64,000 bases of DNA from Balanoglossus misakiensis (Eukaryota > Animalia > Hemichordata), in contig CM082581.2 of the NCBI GenBank assembly GCA_040954595.2, positions 3,278,699 through 3,342,698 on the forward strand. Reading direction: 5' to 3'. The notes beneath the pieces are model-generated. The model did not search any database, was not told the origin of the DNA, and worked only from the letters and a program-made list of their open reading frames with translations. This document shows positions 38,201 through 48,707 of this stretch, in pieces; within the stretch, counting starts at the first letter, position 1; the number at the start of each line of letters is the position of its first letter. A program made the position numbers and the translations under genes.

Positions 38201-39349
38201 CCAGTATATTGATGGTGTAAATCACGCTATTTGATTTGTCGAGACACGACACGTGACCGTGATATATTAGCCATATACCACAGTCATATATCATAGTCAA
38301 AGAAAATGCCTTTTTAAAATGTTTTATGCAAAGTTTCAATATACTGGCATAATATAATAGCAATAAAACACCCCCAGCCATGGTATACCACAAGATTTTC
38401 ACCAGTTCAACTCCATATACGCACTCGCTATCGCTCGTGCGTATATGTCGTGAACTGGTCAAAATCTCATGGTATACCATGGCTGGGGGTGTTTTATTGC
38501 TTAAATATCAACCTTTTCCAGACTACCTTGTTGAAGCGATAAACGATAAGTTAGTATTGGACTTTCTAGTTTTTAGACACTGCCATGAAGCAATTTGCAT
38601 ATTGAACGCGCCTTGACCTTGCGCACCAGACGATAACTGTTCTGAAGACGACGTGCGTGACATATACCTATGAGATTGTTCCAGAAGTTCTGAAATGAAC
38701 GCGCTTGTTGACAGGAACAAAAATTCCTTGAGTGAAATTTCATTGAGGATTTTGACTTAGTGGTTCACTAGCAGTTTTCAATTTGTGTACTTTTTTATGT
38801 CAATTTTGTCGGATTCATTTGTGATATTATCACTGTTTACAATGGTGGGGTCAAAGGTCAAAACAATGGAAACCTGAGTCCAATAACCCAGATGTTATCG
38901 GACTCTGTGTCCTGATACTGAGAATCATTGTACATGTATTATAGAACTCCAATAGGTTAATACAGCAGGTGTTTAACAGTGTATACATGTTAATGGAATT
39001 GGCAAAATTCACATGAACTGATTTATATAACTATCAAGGTGTCATGGTGAAAGGGGAACATCTGTTCCACAAAAAATTTGGTGGATTTTCGGTCACATAC
39101 ATGTAATCCCTAGTTACATTCTTTCACATGAATCAGAGTGGTAAAATTCAAAACTGGAAGGGGGTGACTTGCTCTACAAAGGTCACACACAAAATAACAT
39201 GTTACTGAGAAATTCTGAATGCTTTTTCGGGTTTACTTCTGACACAGGTGTATTACATGTTCATTCATGCCATTGTATGACTGTCTTCCAGTAAACTTTG
39301 GAAATACATTAATAGTTGAAGCACTATACAAATGTATAACACCCCCCCC

Positions 39350-39380
<31 letters not shown>

Positions 39381-39609
39381 TCACTCAATTTCATCTGATC
39401 ACATTATAAGCTTATATACTGTGCTATAGTTAATAAAGCTCACCTGTCATTGTAAATATTCCAACTGCTAATCCAATATTTCTTCCGGCAAGCATCACTT
39501 CCTCACTGTCGGATTTGCCTTTACTCTTCCTGGACGCCCATAATCCCACAGCCAGAATCAGAAGATAGAAGACGATAATGGCAATCAATCCAACGATATT
39601 TACACCCAT
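22522..39609 (-). CDS. SLC5A7: High-affinity choline transporter 1 (sodium:solute symporter family), complete CDS, 8 coding exons, 591 aa
   Basis: Exons 39444-39609, 29211-29324, 27441-27596, 26074-26222, 25567-25698, 24700-24853, 23833-24041 and 22522-23217 total 1776 nt, all GT-AG and in phase. Hallmarks: [93 protein letters not shown]. Confidence 0.96.
23343..23660. mobile_element. AGGGACAAAG-family MITE, one end truncated
   Basis: TTAA|AGGGGCAAAGTCTCTC with the family's palindromic body; right TIR missing. Confidence 0.75.
23833..24041 (-). CDS. SLC5A7: SLC5A7 coding exon 7
   Basis: DWNQTAY...ILPLVLQYL...LVFRQK|GT. Confidence 0.93.
24700..24853 (-). CDS. SLC5A7: SLC5A7 coding exon 6 (absent from ORF track)
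   Basis: [17 protein letters not shown]...IGAIGAST G|GTAAGT. Confidence 0.93.
25205..25544. mobile_element. AGCCCC-family TTAA MITE
   Basis: TTAA|AGCCCCAAGAGCTGCCA...TGGCAGCTCATGGGGC|TTAA. Confidence 0.7.
25567..25698 (-). CDS. SLC5A7: SLC5A7 coding exon 5
   Basis: WICIPFA...WIDYALLL|GTAAGT. Confidence 0.92.
26074..26222 (-). CDS. SLC5A7: SLC5A7 coding exon 4
   Basis: GATLSVILD...[18 protein letters not shown]|GTAAGT. Confidence 0.93.
27441..27596 (-). CDS. SLC5A7: SLC5A7 coding exon 3
   Basis: [20 protein letters not shown]...[10 protein letters not shown]|GTAAGC. Confidence 0.93.
27997..28614. mobile_element. Long palindromic TTAA MITE (arms about 240 bp)
   Basis: TTAA|AGGGGAAATCAGGCGTAGCTG...CAGCTACGCCGGATTTTCCCT|TTAA; explains the mirror-image ORFs at 28005 and 28421. 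Confidence 0.9.
29211..29324 (-). CDS. SLC5A7: SLC5A7 coding exon 2 (absent from ORF track)
   Basis: [39 protein letters not shown]|GTAAGC. Confidence 0.93.
30095..30304. mobile_element. AGGGACAAAG-family MITE, half copy
   Basis: Family centre plus right arm ending GAGACTTTGTCCCG|TTAA. Confidence 0.7.
30643..30948 (+). mobile_element. piggyBac-like MITE (copy 2)
   Basis: TTAA|CCCTA...TAGGG|TTAA; homologous to 1789-2109. Confidence 0.8.
31488..31829. mobile_element. AGGGACAAAG-family TTAA MITE
   Basis: ATAA|AGGGACAAAG...TTTGTCCCT|TTAA; long inverted arms. Confidence 0.85.
32346..32677. mobile_element. AGGGACAAAG-family TTAA MITE
   Basis: TTAA|AGGGACAAAG...CTTTGTCCCT|TTAA. Confidence 0.85.
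35702..36073. mobile_element. TA-flanked MITE (Tc1/mariner-like) with an internally repeated left end
   Basis: TA|CTGTAAAACACTTTATT...AATAAAGTGTTTTACAG|TA; a shorter sibling lies at 62096-62299. Confidence 0.8.
36330..36721. mobile_element. Young palindromic MITE with ~130-bp near-perfect TIRs and 9-bp TSD (Academ/MULE-like)
   Basis: CTGCATGAG|TAGTCTAGAATC...GATTCTAGACTA|CTGCATGAG; one mismatch seen between the arms. Confidence 0.92.
38190..38507 (-). mobile_element. Hairpin-ended element (possibly Crypton-like, non-autonomous)
   Basis: Long hairpin at about 38359-38500; adjacent 20-mer (38339-38359) is inverted at the far end (38190-38210); no TSD. Confidence 0.55.
39444..39609 (-). CDS. 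SLC5A7: SLC5A7 coding exon 1 (start codon)
   Basis: [25 protein letters not shown]...GIFTMT G|GTGAGC; a probable 5' UTR acceptor lies at 39694-39695. Confidence 0.92.
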
Positions 39610-42600
39610 TTTGTGGCTGTTCCTTTTCCTCACAAATTGTCCACAATACTTGGAAAGCGCTGTTGATATATATTCATAACAGTTTCACAGCACCTGTAAT
39701 GTTAAATCATATGAAAAAAAATGTCAACATGGCAGCATTCCTGAAAATTCAATTTTGTAGAACACTTTCACGTAATGAAATATCGCAAACGCTTAGGGGT
39801 ACTGTGCTGGTTAATGTACCGCTTGGAGATACCAACACTACGCTGATTAAAAAATCAGACATAATTCCTTGGATCGCCCTCTCATCTACCTGAAGATAAG
39901 AATACATGTAAAAGGATTTTTCCGTATCACTACCACACGCAGCAATAGAAGGAATGCCAGTTATATCAATACTGATCAAATGAGCTGAAAATTATTTCCA
40001 GACAAATGCAAGATTTACCATGACAGCAATTTGTAGACGTATTCCTATCAGGTAAATATTTGATTTCAAGTCAACTGTTCATATTTATAAGCTCTGTGAG
40101 CATAAACTGTACATGAAAGAAAAACCATTAGTTTGCCGTTGAATAAACAATCATCAATTAGTGGTGGTCAATATCCATATTGAGTATTACTGATTTATCA
40201 AAAATAGACATCTATTTTTGTGATTAGTCTACATTTTTCTAAAATTATTTTCATTTACAACAAGACCTGTATCATTTTGATAAAGAAACAAAATATTTAT
40301 AATTCAGTATAATACTTTTGACTTTGCTAATATATTTGGACAGAAAAACCTGACAATCTCAGAATGTGTTTAGAAATATAAACTGGTGCTTCTCAAACAT
40401 GATTACGGAGTCAAAATACACATATTCTGTGACCAAACCTACAAATTGAATGAAAATTGTGTCTCTCAGAATACAGTAGTCCAAAAAATGTTGAAAAGTG
40501 GATGTCTGGAAAAATTCTTCAAATGTGTGTTATAGTGGTATTAAATAGAGCGACCAGTATTGCTAAATTTCACACAATTTCACTAAAAGGTGTGTACAAA
40601 ACCTGATAAAAAGTTCCTGTGCAAGTACACCAATTAAAATAACAAGAACCAAACTATTAGCTAAAAACGGCTACCAGATCAAAGACAGAAAATGAGTTAT
40701 ACGATCGGCATACCTGAATGTGTAACTCTCAAGCCAGTCTCGCTCTAACCACACAACCACAAAAAAACATGCAAGTCAATTTAGCATTAACTGACGTCAG
40801 GAAATCCAATTTCATAATTAAGTTTGGTTTTATATAACACACATCATCATTATCCAAACGAACAGTGGGCCCAGAGGGGGGTTAATAGTTAAAAAAGGAA
40901 GTACATCCACATACCAATTACAGCTTCCGGTTTTCTAAGATAATGTTGACTCAGTAATTTAGTGTAAATTACCTTGTAGAGAAAAAAGAACAGCTCTCTC
41001 TCTCTTTCTCTCACTCTGATAGACAGACTCTGTTGAGACGAGATGGCAAAGTGTGCTAGCCACAGAGTCAGATCATGAATAATTCCAAAGCACCTGGCTG
41101 ACACTGAGCACACTAATAAATTGATTGGCCACTTAGTGTGATTGATGGATTAACAGGCTGCAGCAATATACACCGCGGCAGAAATCTTCATCAGAAATAT
41201 GTCTCCCCTGCTCTATTATTCATCAAAGGAAACAAACTGAACCAGTTAAAGGATGTGGATCATTAATGCACTTGCGTGGGCAAGACCAGAGACACAGTGA
41301 CGGCCTCAGTTTGTGTCAATTTAAACAAGCAGCTATTTCCTACCTGACATTACACTTTACAAGAAATGCTGATTGCACGGCAAAGCAGGTGGAAAAAGAG
41401 CAGTTACTGTCAAAGGGATTTCTCTTTTTTATATTGGACACCCATTGGTGAAATATGACCTTTTCCTTGATTGTTCCATTGTTAACATCTGATTATGTAC
41501 AAGTGCATATTCAGTGTGGCCAGTTTGACGCTTTATTTAATAAAATGCCCACATAAACACTCAAATCAGATCTATTTGGAATTTAAACCGACATCCCACG
41601 AGATTTGTTGGAGCACTTAGAATTAACAGCAAGCATTCAATTAACCATCTCATTATGATTCTGCTCAAGCCGTCGAGACCCTTTAACACAATCATTGCAT
41701 GCATACTCGCATGATAGCTTTCGCAGTGACATCTGTGACTTTCACACTCAATGAACGTGATGAATGTCACAGTGACACTCCAAGAGTTAATACTCTAAAT
41801 ACTGTCAATTTAGTAACAGCAACAAATTTAGCAGAAACATTGACACTGAATATTATTAACGAGGGGAAGGAGCTGCAAATCTACACTCACTTAGAGAGTC
41901 TGGTTTTACGAGAGTGCCTTTCTTCATCTGAAGAAACGATGGGGAGGAGTGTCTCCAGGGTAACCATCCAAATTATCATTTCAATCTATTGCCTTCCCGC
42001 TTGAGAAATACACTATCAGACCACTAATGCAATTTAATTTGTAATGCCATGACCTTCCTGTAACGATGTGTATAATTGCTACATCCTTCACAGAAACGAT
42101 TTTTGGCATTTTCAAAAAATTCAACTCGAGTAGACCTTAATATTCTACTCAAAAATATTAGTTTCTGAAGTACAGGACACATGTTTAAACTGTATTATTT
42201 CAAGTGATACAATGTGATCCTTCATACAAGGCGTGTGCTTTGAAAAAAGATTACAAGCTGAAATTTATCCTCCTGAAATTGATTGCTTAAGTGGTTCGAG
42301 GGTGACTAAACAGCTCTGGTGAAAATAACAAAAGTGAAATGAACAGAATTTATTGTGAAAATGTTAATGACAGTTTTGAGTTTATATATAGCGTATCACA
42401 AAAGTCTAGTTACATAACAACATGGATATTAAAAGCACAAAGTACTGACAATTCAATGTTGATGGAATTCACAACATGCATACAGTACATAATGGTACTG
42501 CACTAAGATTTACACAACAACCAGAAATCTGTGTATTTCAACATGGAATACCTCAAAAAGACACAACTGATTACTGAGACCAAATCATAAAATGTTAAAC

Positions 42601-45161
42601 GCTATGTCATGCAGCAGCTGCAAAATTATATGAAAGGAGTCAAACAATTGTTTCATTAATTATAGTATATGCTACATGTATATGGCAATGTAATGCAAAT
42701 TTGCAGGAATGATGGCCCAGTATCAAGTACACATACACAAGAACTGCAGCATGTCGTTATGTCCACTGAGAGACCTACATATTTTGTGAAGACAACAGTC
42801 ATATTTTGTTGTGCATTGTTATGTCAACAGTTGTGTGAACACTGTATCACATTGTTGTAGAATAATTTTACCATTTCAGGCTTTGCAGTGCCAAGTAGGC
42901 AGATCAGAGGAGTATTAAAGTGTGATGTGCATCACATAAAAACCAAACCACCATGTAAGCGGAAAATCGCTCACACAGATTCTGATTTGCACATGTGCTC
43001 AGCCAGAAGAACAATCACACGCCTCAAAGAGAATGTCCTCTGGATACTGTAATTACAGCCTCTCTGCATATTTTACACAATCATGCTTTTTAAGATCATT
43101 CACTCCTGTGCAGAATTAATTAATGTGTAATAAATTGAATAATAAATTAATAATTCATTTTTTAATTTAGACTCGACATTCATTTTGAATCACTATATCA
43201 CTAAAATAAATTACAAATTCAAACAACTAGTCTTCTCATTACTACAAGATGTCATATATGAAGATGGTATCCCAGACCCACGCTACAGTAACTTTTTCCA
43301 GTTTATCACCCCTGTTTAAAAAAATGAGTTCAATGACAGAGCAAGTCCTTTTTACCAGTACATGTATTATCAATGCACCTTCACATAATTCAGCATAAAT
43401 CTATATATGCCACCGTTTCTCTACTTTGTGTATAATCTTCAACAATGGTGCGAGATGAACCAGAATACACAAATTGCAGATAATTGTTCTGGGATTTGGG
43501 ATTATGCTGATAACATGAAATGTGATTCCTCACAAAATAAAGCAATTGGTTGCAAAATGTTACAGGAGCATCAAGCAGTAAATGCACCCAAGAAGTCCAG
43601 AAATAGTCTCATAGCTCGTTCATAGAAATGTGTCATCATCCAGGCCGGAACTCATTTGATGGAAAACTAAATTTAGCATTTTTTTTAATTATCTAGTGGC
43701 GAGTTGTGCATGACCTTCCCGACCAATATCAATTTATGAAGGTGACATCTCCAAAAGTAGGTCAAAGTTCACCCCAAAACATGTACACAAATTCTGCTCT
43801 TCCAACAATAACCAATAAAACGTGTCCTACAAACTACACTTGCAAGTTGTGATGTACAAAAGTAGGTCAAAGGTCACCCCAAATTCAGAGTCACCTTGTG
43901 GTCCCTATAATAATTAAAGAAGTTTTATATGTAGTAGCAGTATTCTAGTGGCTAATTTGCATAACAATATAAAACTATTGTTATGTTAAATAAGTTCTAT
44001 TGTCATCTCAAAGTTAAATAGTGGCCACTGCACTATGCTTTAATTGCTCTGGGGAAAAAACTGTAGTAGCTTTAAAAAAAAAGAATTAACAGCTATTTTT
44101 AATATTTACAATATTTCTTTTTACAGAAATACAAAAAATATGACCATTGATGGTAGCTGAATCTAAGGTTTCATAAACCCAATGTACATGTAATTTAACC
44201 CATGAGAAAAAAGAGCTGATGTTCTCTGTTATTCATGTAACTTTCATCCTTGAACATCTTGAACCAGACCATCCCAGTTTGGCCCTCATAATAGCTCACC
44301 TTGAACACAATGAATAGAGTGTGACTTTCCCATATGCATTCAAAAAGCCTTCAACAACAATAAAACAGTGACTTTCTCAGGACACGTTCAGTCAGCCAGA
44401 AAACCAAGCCCTCATTTGCATATGATATCCACCATCAACTCATACGAGCCCTTTTCCTCTATAAAAAAAATTACATTGACAATACATGTACTCTCAAAGA
44501 TAAATTATAGACACTAACATCTTACTTAAAATACATGTTGAGTTATGCTTAGTGCCTACATGTGTACATGCACAGCTGCAAAAACGACAGCAGGCACCTT
44601 TATGTCATTCTTCTCATCAGGTCACACTAACTATGTATAGCATGCTCTGTAAGAAAATGCTGATATTTGGTAAAAAATGCTGATATTTGGTAGAGTACTG
44701 TTTTTAGTACATGTATAATGATTTTTTTTATAGTTTATACCATTTTGATATGATTACAACCAGAAAAACGCCTGGCAGTTGTCTTTTGGCTGTATTCACA
44801 TTGTTCTCAGTGGGTTCAGTACCACACTTGAAGTGTAGTGGCTAATATTGACAAGGCTGTTGAAGAAAATATATGGGTTGTTTAATGGCCACTGTTTCTG
44901 TTTCCTGACTGTGAGAAGTGGTCTCCCCTCAATGTATGAACTGATTGCTACATGTATACCGGGTATTCTATATGGTGTGATGCAAGATAATACTTTTCTT
45001 TGGTTTTCATGGCATGTATCACCTCGAGAAAATGAATACCTCACATGATCATGGACACTATACTAGTACACATTGCCGCAGTTTTTTTTAAAACAAGTAA
45101 TGCTTTCATTTATAAACAAATTTGGATGATCCATGTAATGTACGTTGCTTGGGAAATTTAA

Positions 45162-45522
45162 AGCCCCCACAGAGCTGCTACTCGATAAAAAACTTGTGAA
45201 GAATTAAATAATCTCTGATGAGCTTTTAATTCTAGCTAGCAAATGATATTGCCAGATTCTATCAAGAAAAATGTATTTGTGACAAAAGTGACAAAACTCA
45301 AAGAAATATCATTACATTTTTTTTAAAGTAAAATATTGCAATAAAAAATGAAAATCCAATGTCTCACTCAGTGAGGTACACTTACTTTCATGTGTTTTAG
45401 TGGATGAGATCATTCTTTGTTTATGAAGTGGGGAATGCACCGTTTTCATGTCATTTTGCATATTCACATTGCATATGCGGTCATATTTATAATTTGGGGA
45501 CTAAGTTGCGGCTCATGGGGCT
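45162..45522. mobile_element. AGCCCC-family TTAA MITE
   Basis: TTAA|AGCCCCCACAGAGCTGC...GCGGCTCATGGGGCT|TTAA. Confidence 0.7.
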
Positions 45523-47298
45523 TTAAAGTGAAGTAGCACAGGTGCAAAGCAATTAATTGATTCAATGAATGGAAAATGCAAAAAAGAGATATGCAATACA
45601 GTAGGCCATGTCAAAGGTCACTGTTTTGCACCTGTACCACAATGGTATAAGTTGCATTGGCACTTTTCCCACGCTGCACTATTTTGAAGCCTTACAATAT
45701 AAGTTTTTCTTTGATTTTAGGGGGAAATGTCTTCTATAGGCTTACTAAACTGCCAGGACGTTAAACAAGTGTGAAAAATGTTGCTGTTCTCTGGTTATAG
45801 ATCAATTAACACATCAAATACTTAAATTACATTTTTCCAGAAATTGTTTTTAAAGAAAGCAGCTTTCTCCAGGGATGAATAATTTTTGGATTTTGTATAC
45901 ATCCGACTGACACAAAAGTTCAATGTCTGAAAAAAGGGTCATCTTTGCCCCTAAAAATAATGGTATAGCCCAACGGGGTAAAGTCCTGTCTACTATTAAC
46001 TTCACCAGGTCCAGAAAAGTGCATATTGCAAAAATCACATTCAACACATTATTTTACAGCTTGAAAAATTGAAATGCTGGTATATAAGTATAACTTCATT
46101 ACTATTTAAGCCCTGCCCATCTTAATCTAATCAATTCTCGCCATTCTGAAGGTGCACCTGCCTACCAAATTGTATCTTGAATCTGGAGTCGTTCTTTGAG
46201 ATGTATTTGAGGTTAACCAACACATCAGTTTGCAGACTGAGCTGTAGCTGCAGTTCAGTGATTTTGCCTCGGTTTGTGCCTGGGGCTACCTGCACACACC
46301 ACCATGGTTTGTGTGTTAGACAGCAAAACCAGCAGCTCACGAGTTTCACTCAAAGCAAACACAATGTCAAGTACATTGATTACATTTGTACTTATTTTAC
46401 CAAGTTGGGAACACAATCGCCTGTTGTCCTGGTAAATCACGCACAGTCGACCGGGCAGATATTTCTAATCTATTAGTGCATGACATACTAGCCCGGCCAT
46501 GATTCAGCGTGACTTTCCAGAAAACAAGCGACTGTGGCCACAGAGCCAACACTGGCAACAAGTGAAGATTTCAGTAACTATAACTTGAAAGTTGTTTTCT
46601 GTACACAAAAATATAAGCGGCGGCGCGTACACACCGGGGCAATCATTGGTGTGGCACCTCGGTGTGGCCATGGACGTAAAAAGAGAATGTGTACGGTTCA
46701 ACGACCACCTTCAATGCAAGTTCACCCCACACCACACAAAGACCAGGCACAATCAGGACCACCGTAATCTAACAGTAATCCCTTTCCACGTCTAGCTCAA
46801 TGGACCAGCAAACATTGCATGGCTTCGTGCGATCACAGTCACTCCACAATCTCTGTGTATATGATTTCAGTAAGAATGTGTGACTGTCGGGCATTGGGAC
46901 ATAACTTACCATTCTAAAAATCTTACCGATCTGAGAAAACGACCTGTACCAAACTTGTTAGTAAACACGTTTCGATTGTGTTCTGACCTCGATTATTGGG
47001 TCAACCGCAATGCACATTGGGTAATTTATGCCGCGAATTTTGAAGTTGTACGTCTACGCCACTATTTACATACTCCCATATATGGCTGAAATGGCATATT
47101 TGAGTGTTCTATTAAAGAACATATGGTGGCGCTCTTTTTTTCGCGTGTGCCACCCACTAAAAATCTGTGATTGGCTGGATCTCAATTTGCAATGGTAACT
47201 CTAGCGAAATTTGCATATGTGACCGTATACCATTATCTAAAACACACTGGGGTCTGGATACCAGACTACGATGATTGTAGCCCTGCGTACACCTAGGT

Positions 47299-48707
47299 CA
47301 GAGGCGTAGATACCCCCCGGGGTAGGGACCGGGGTGGCACTTGCCACCCCCCCCCCCCCATGCTGAAGTTGTGTTAGGCCTAAGGCTGCATTCACAAACA
47401 CCTCTGGAGGTGGGGGGGGGCGGGAGAATTCAATTTTTTTTACCGCTAATTTTCACATGCCCCCCTACACAACCCGAAATATTTTCAAATCCCCCCCTTC
47501 CGAACTGGCAAAATTTTGAAATCCCCCCCCCCCCATTTTCTTTCACAGAGCAAAACACATCACCTATCTATCTTGTAAAAAAGAAAAACAGTGCTCCCAT
47601 GAAAAGACTTTGAAACTGATGTTTCCCCTCATCAGTGGGTATAAAAACTGAACATTGTTTTTATTTTGTAAGTATTTGTATTCTGTGTTGGGAGACATTG
47701 TAAACCGAGAATTGAAGGGGGTGGGTATGGGAGGGGGTGTCCCCCTCCCACGTAAGAAAATTTGATAAAATACAGAGCTCAAAGCTGCATTTTAATGAAC
47801 CCGGCAAAAGCAAATTAACTCAACTATCGGTATGTTGGGGAGGACAAATTTAACCATCGTCGCTCAAAGTTATCATGGTGTGGGGGCAAGTCCCCTGACC
47901 TGGGACACTAGATAAACCAATCAATGATTGAAAGGTGTTGATGAATGGAGGGGGTGGGTGTGGGAGGGGGTGTCCCCTTGCCACATTAGAAAATTTTGTA
48001 AAAATAAAGGGCGCGAAACTGCATTTTTGTGGACTCAAAATAGATATTTAGTCATCAAAGTTTTCAAGTCCCCCCCTTTCAGTCCCTAAATTATTTCAAA
48101 TCCCCCCTTACATACCTTCAATTTTTTCAAATCCCCCCCCCTCAATTCTCCTGCCCCCCCCCTCCAGAGGTGTTTGTGAATGCAGCCTAAAGACATACTT
48201 TCGCCTCCCCAACTTTGGGGACTAAAAATTGCTTTTGAGTCCACAAAATGCAGTTTCGAGCTCTTCATAATTTCTAACGTACTACTGAGAGGGACGACCC
48301 TCCCACACACCCCGGCCACACTACCCCCTTCATTCTTCGACATATTTCATTCAGTGGCTTTTCTAGTGTACCGGGGCAAGGACTTGACTTGGCCTCCCTA
48401 ACTACTAGTATGCTTTGAGGGCAATGGTAAAATTGTCCTCCCAAACATTATTGAGTTAGGTTGAGTTCATTAAAATGCACCCACCCCTCACCTTTCGATT
48501 TACCCTGTCTGCCAACTATTGTAATGACTTGTACCGGTAGTTTTAATTTAATCATGGAGCTAGCCTACCAAATTGTCTTATTTAATTGTTTTAATTTATT
48601 CGTGGATTCAAATTGTCAGTGTAGGCCTAAGTCATTCACTACCAGACAGTTGGTTTCATTTGCTTCCCCACCCCCACCCCAACCATGAATTGCATCCTAC
48701 GCCCCTG
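47299..48707. mobile_element. MITE with CAG(A/G)GGCGTAG ends, hosting a nested Harbinger-like MITE
   Basis: TAGGT|CAGAGGCGTAG...CTACGCCCCTG|TAGGT. Confidence 0.65.
47384..48187. mobile_element. PIF/Harbinger-like MITE
   Basis: TAA|GGCTGCATTCACAAACACCTCTGGAGG...CCTCCAGAGGTGTTTGTGAATGCAGCC|TAA; 27-bp perfect TIR. Confidence 0.88.
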
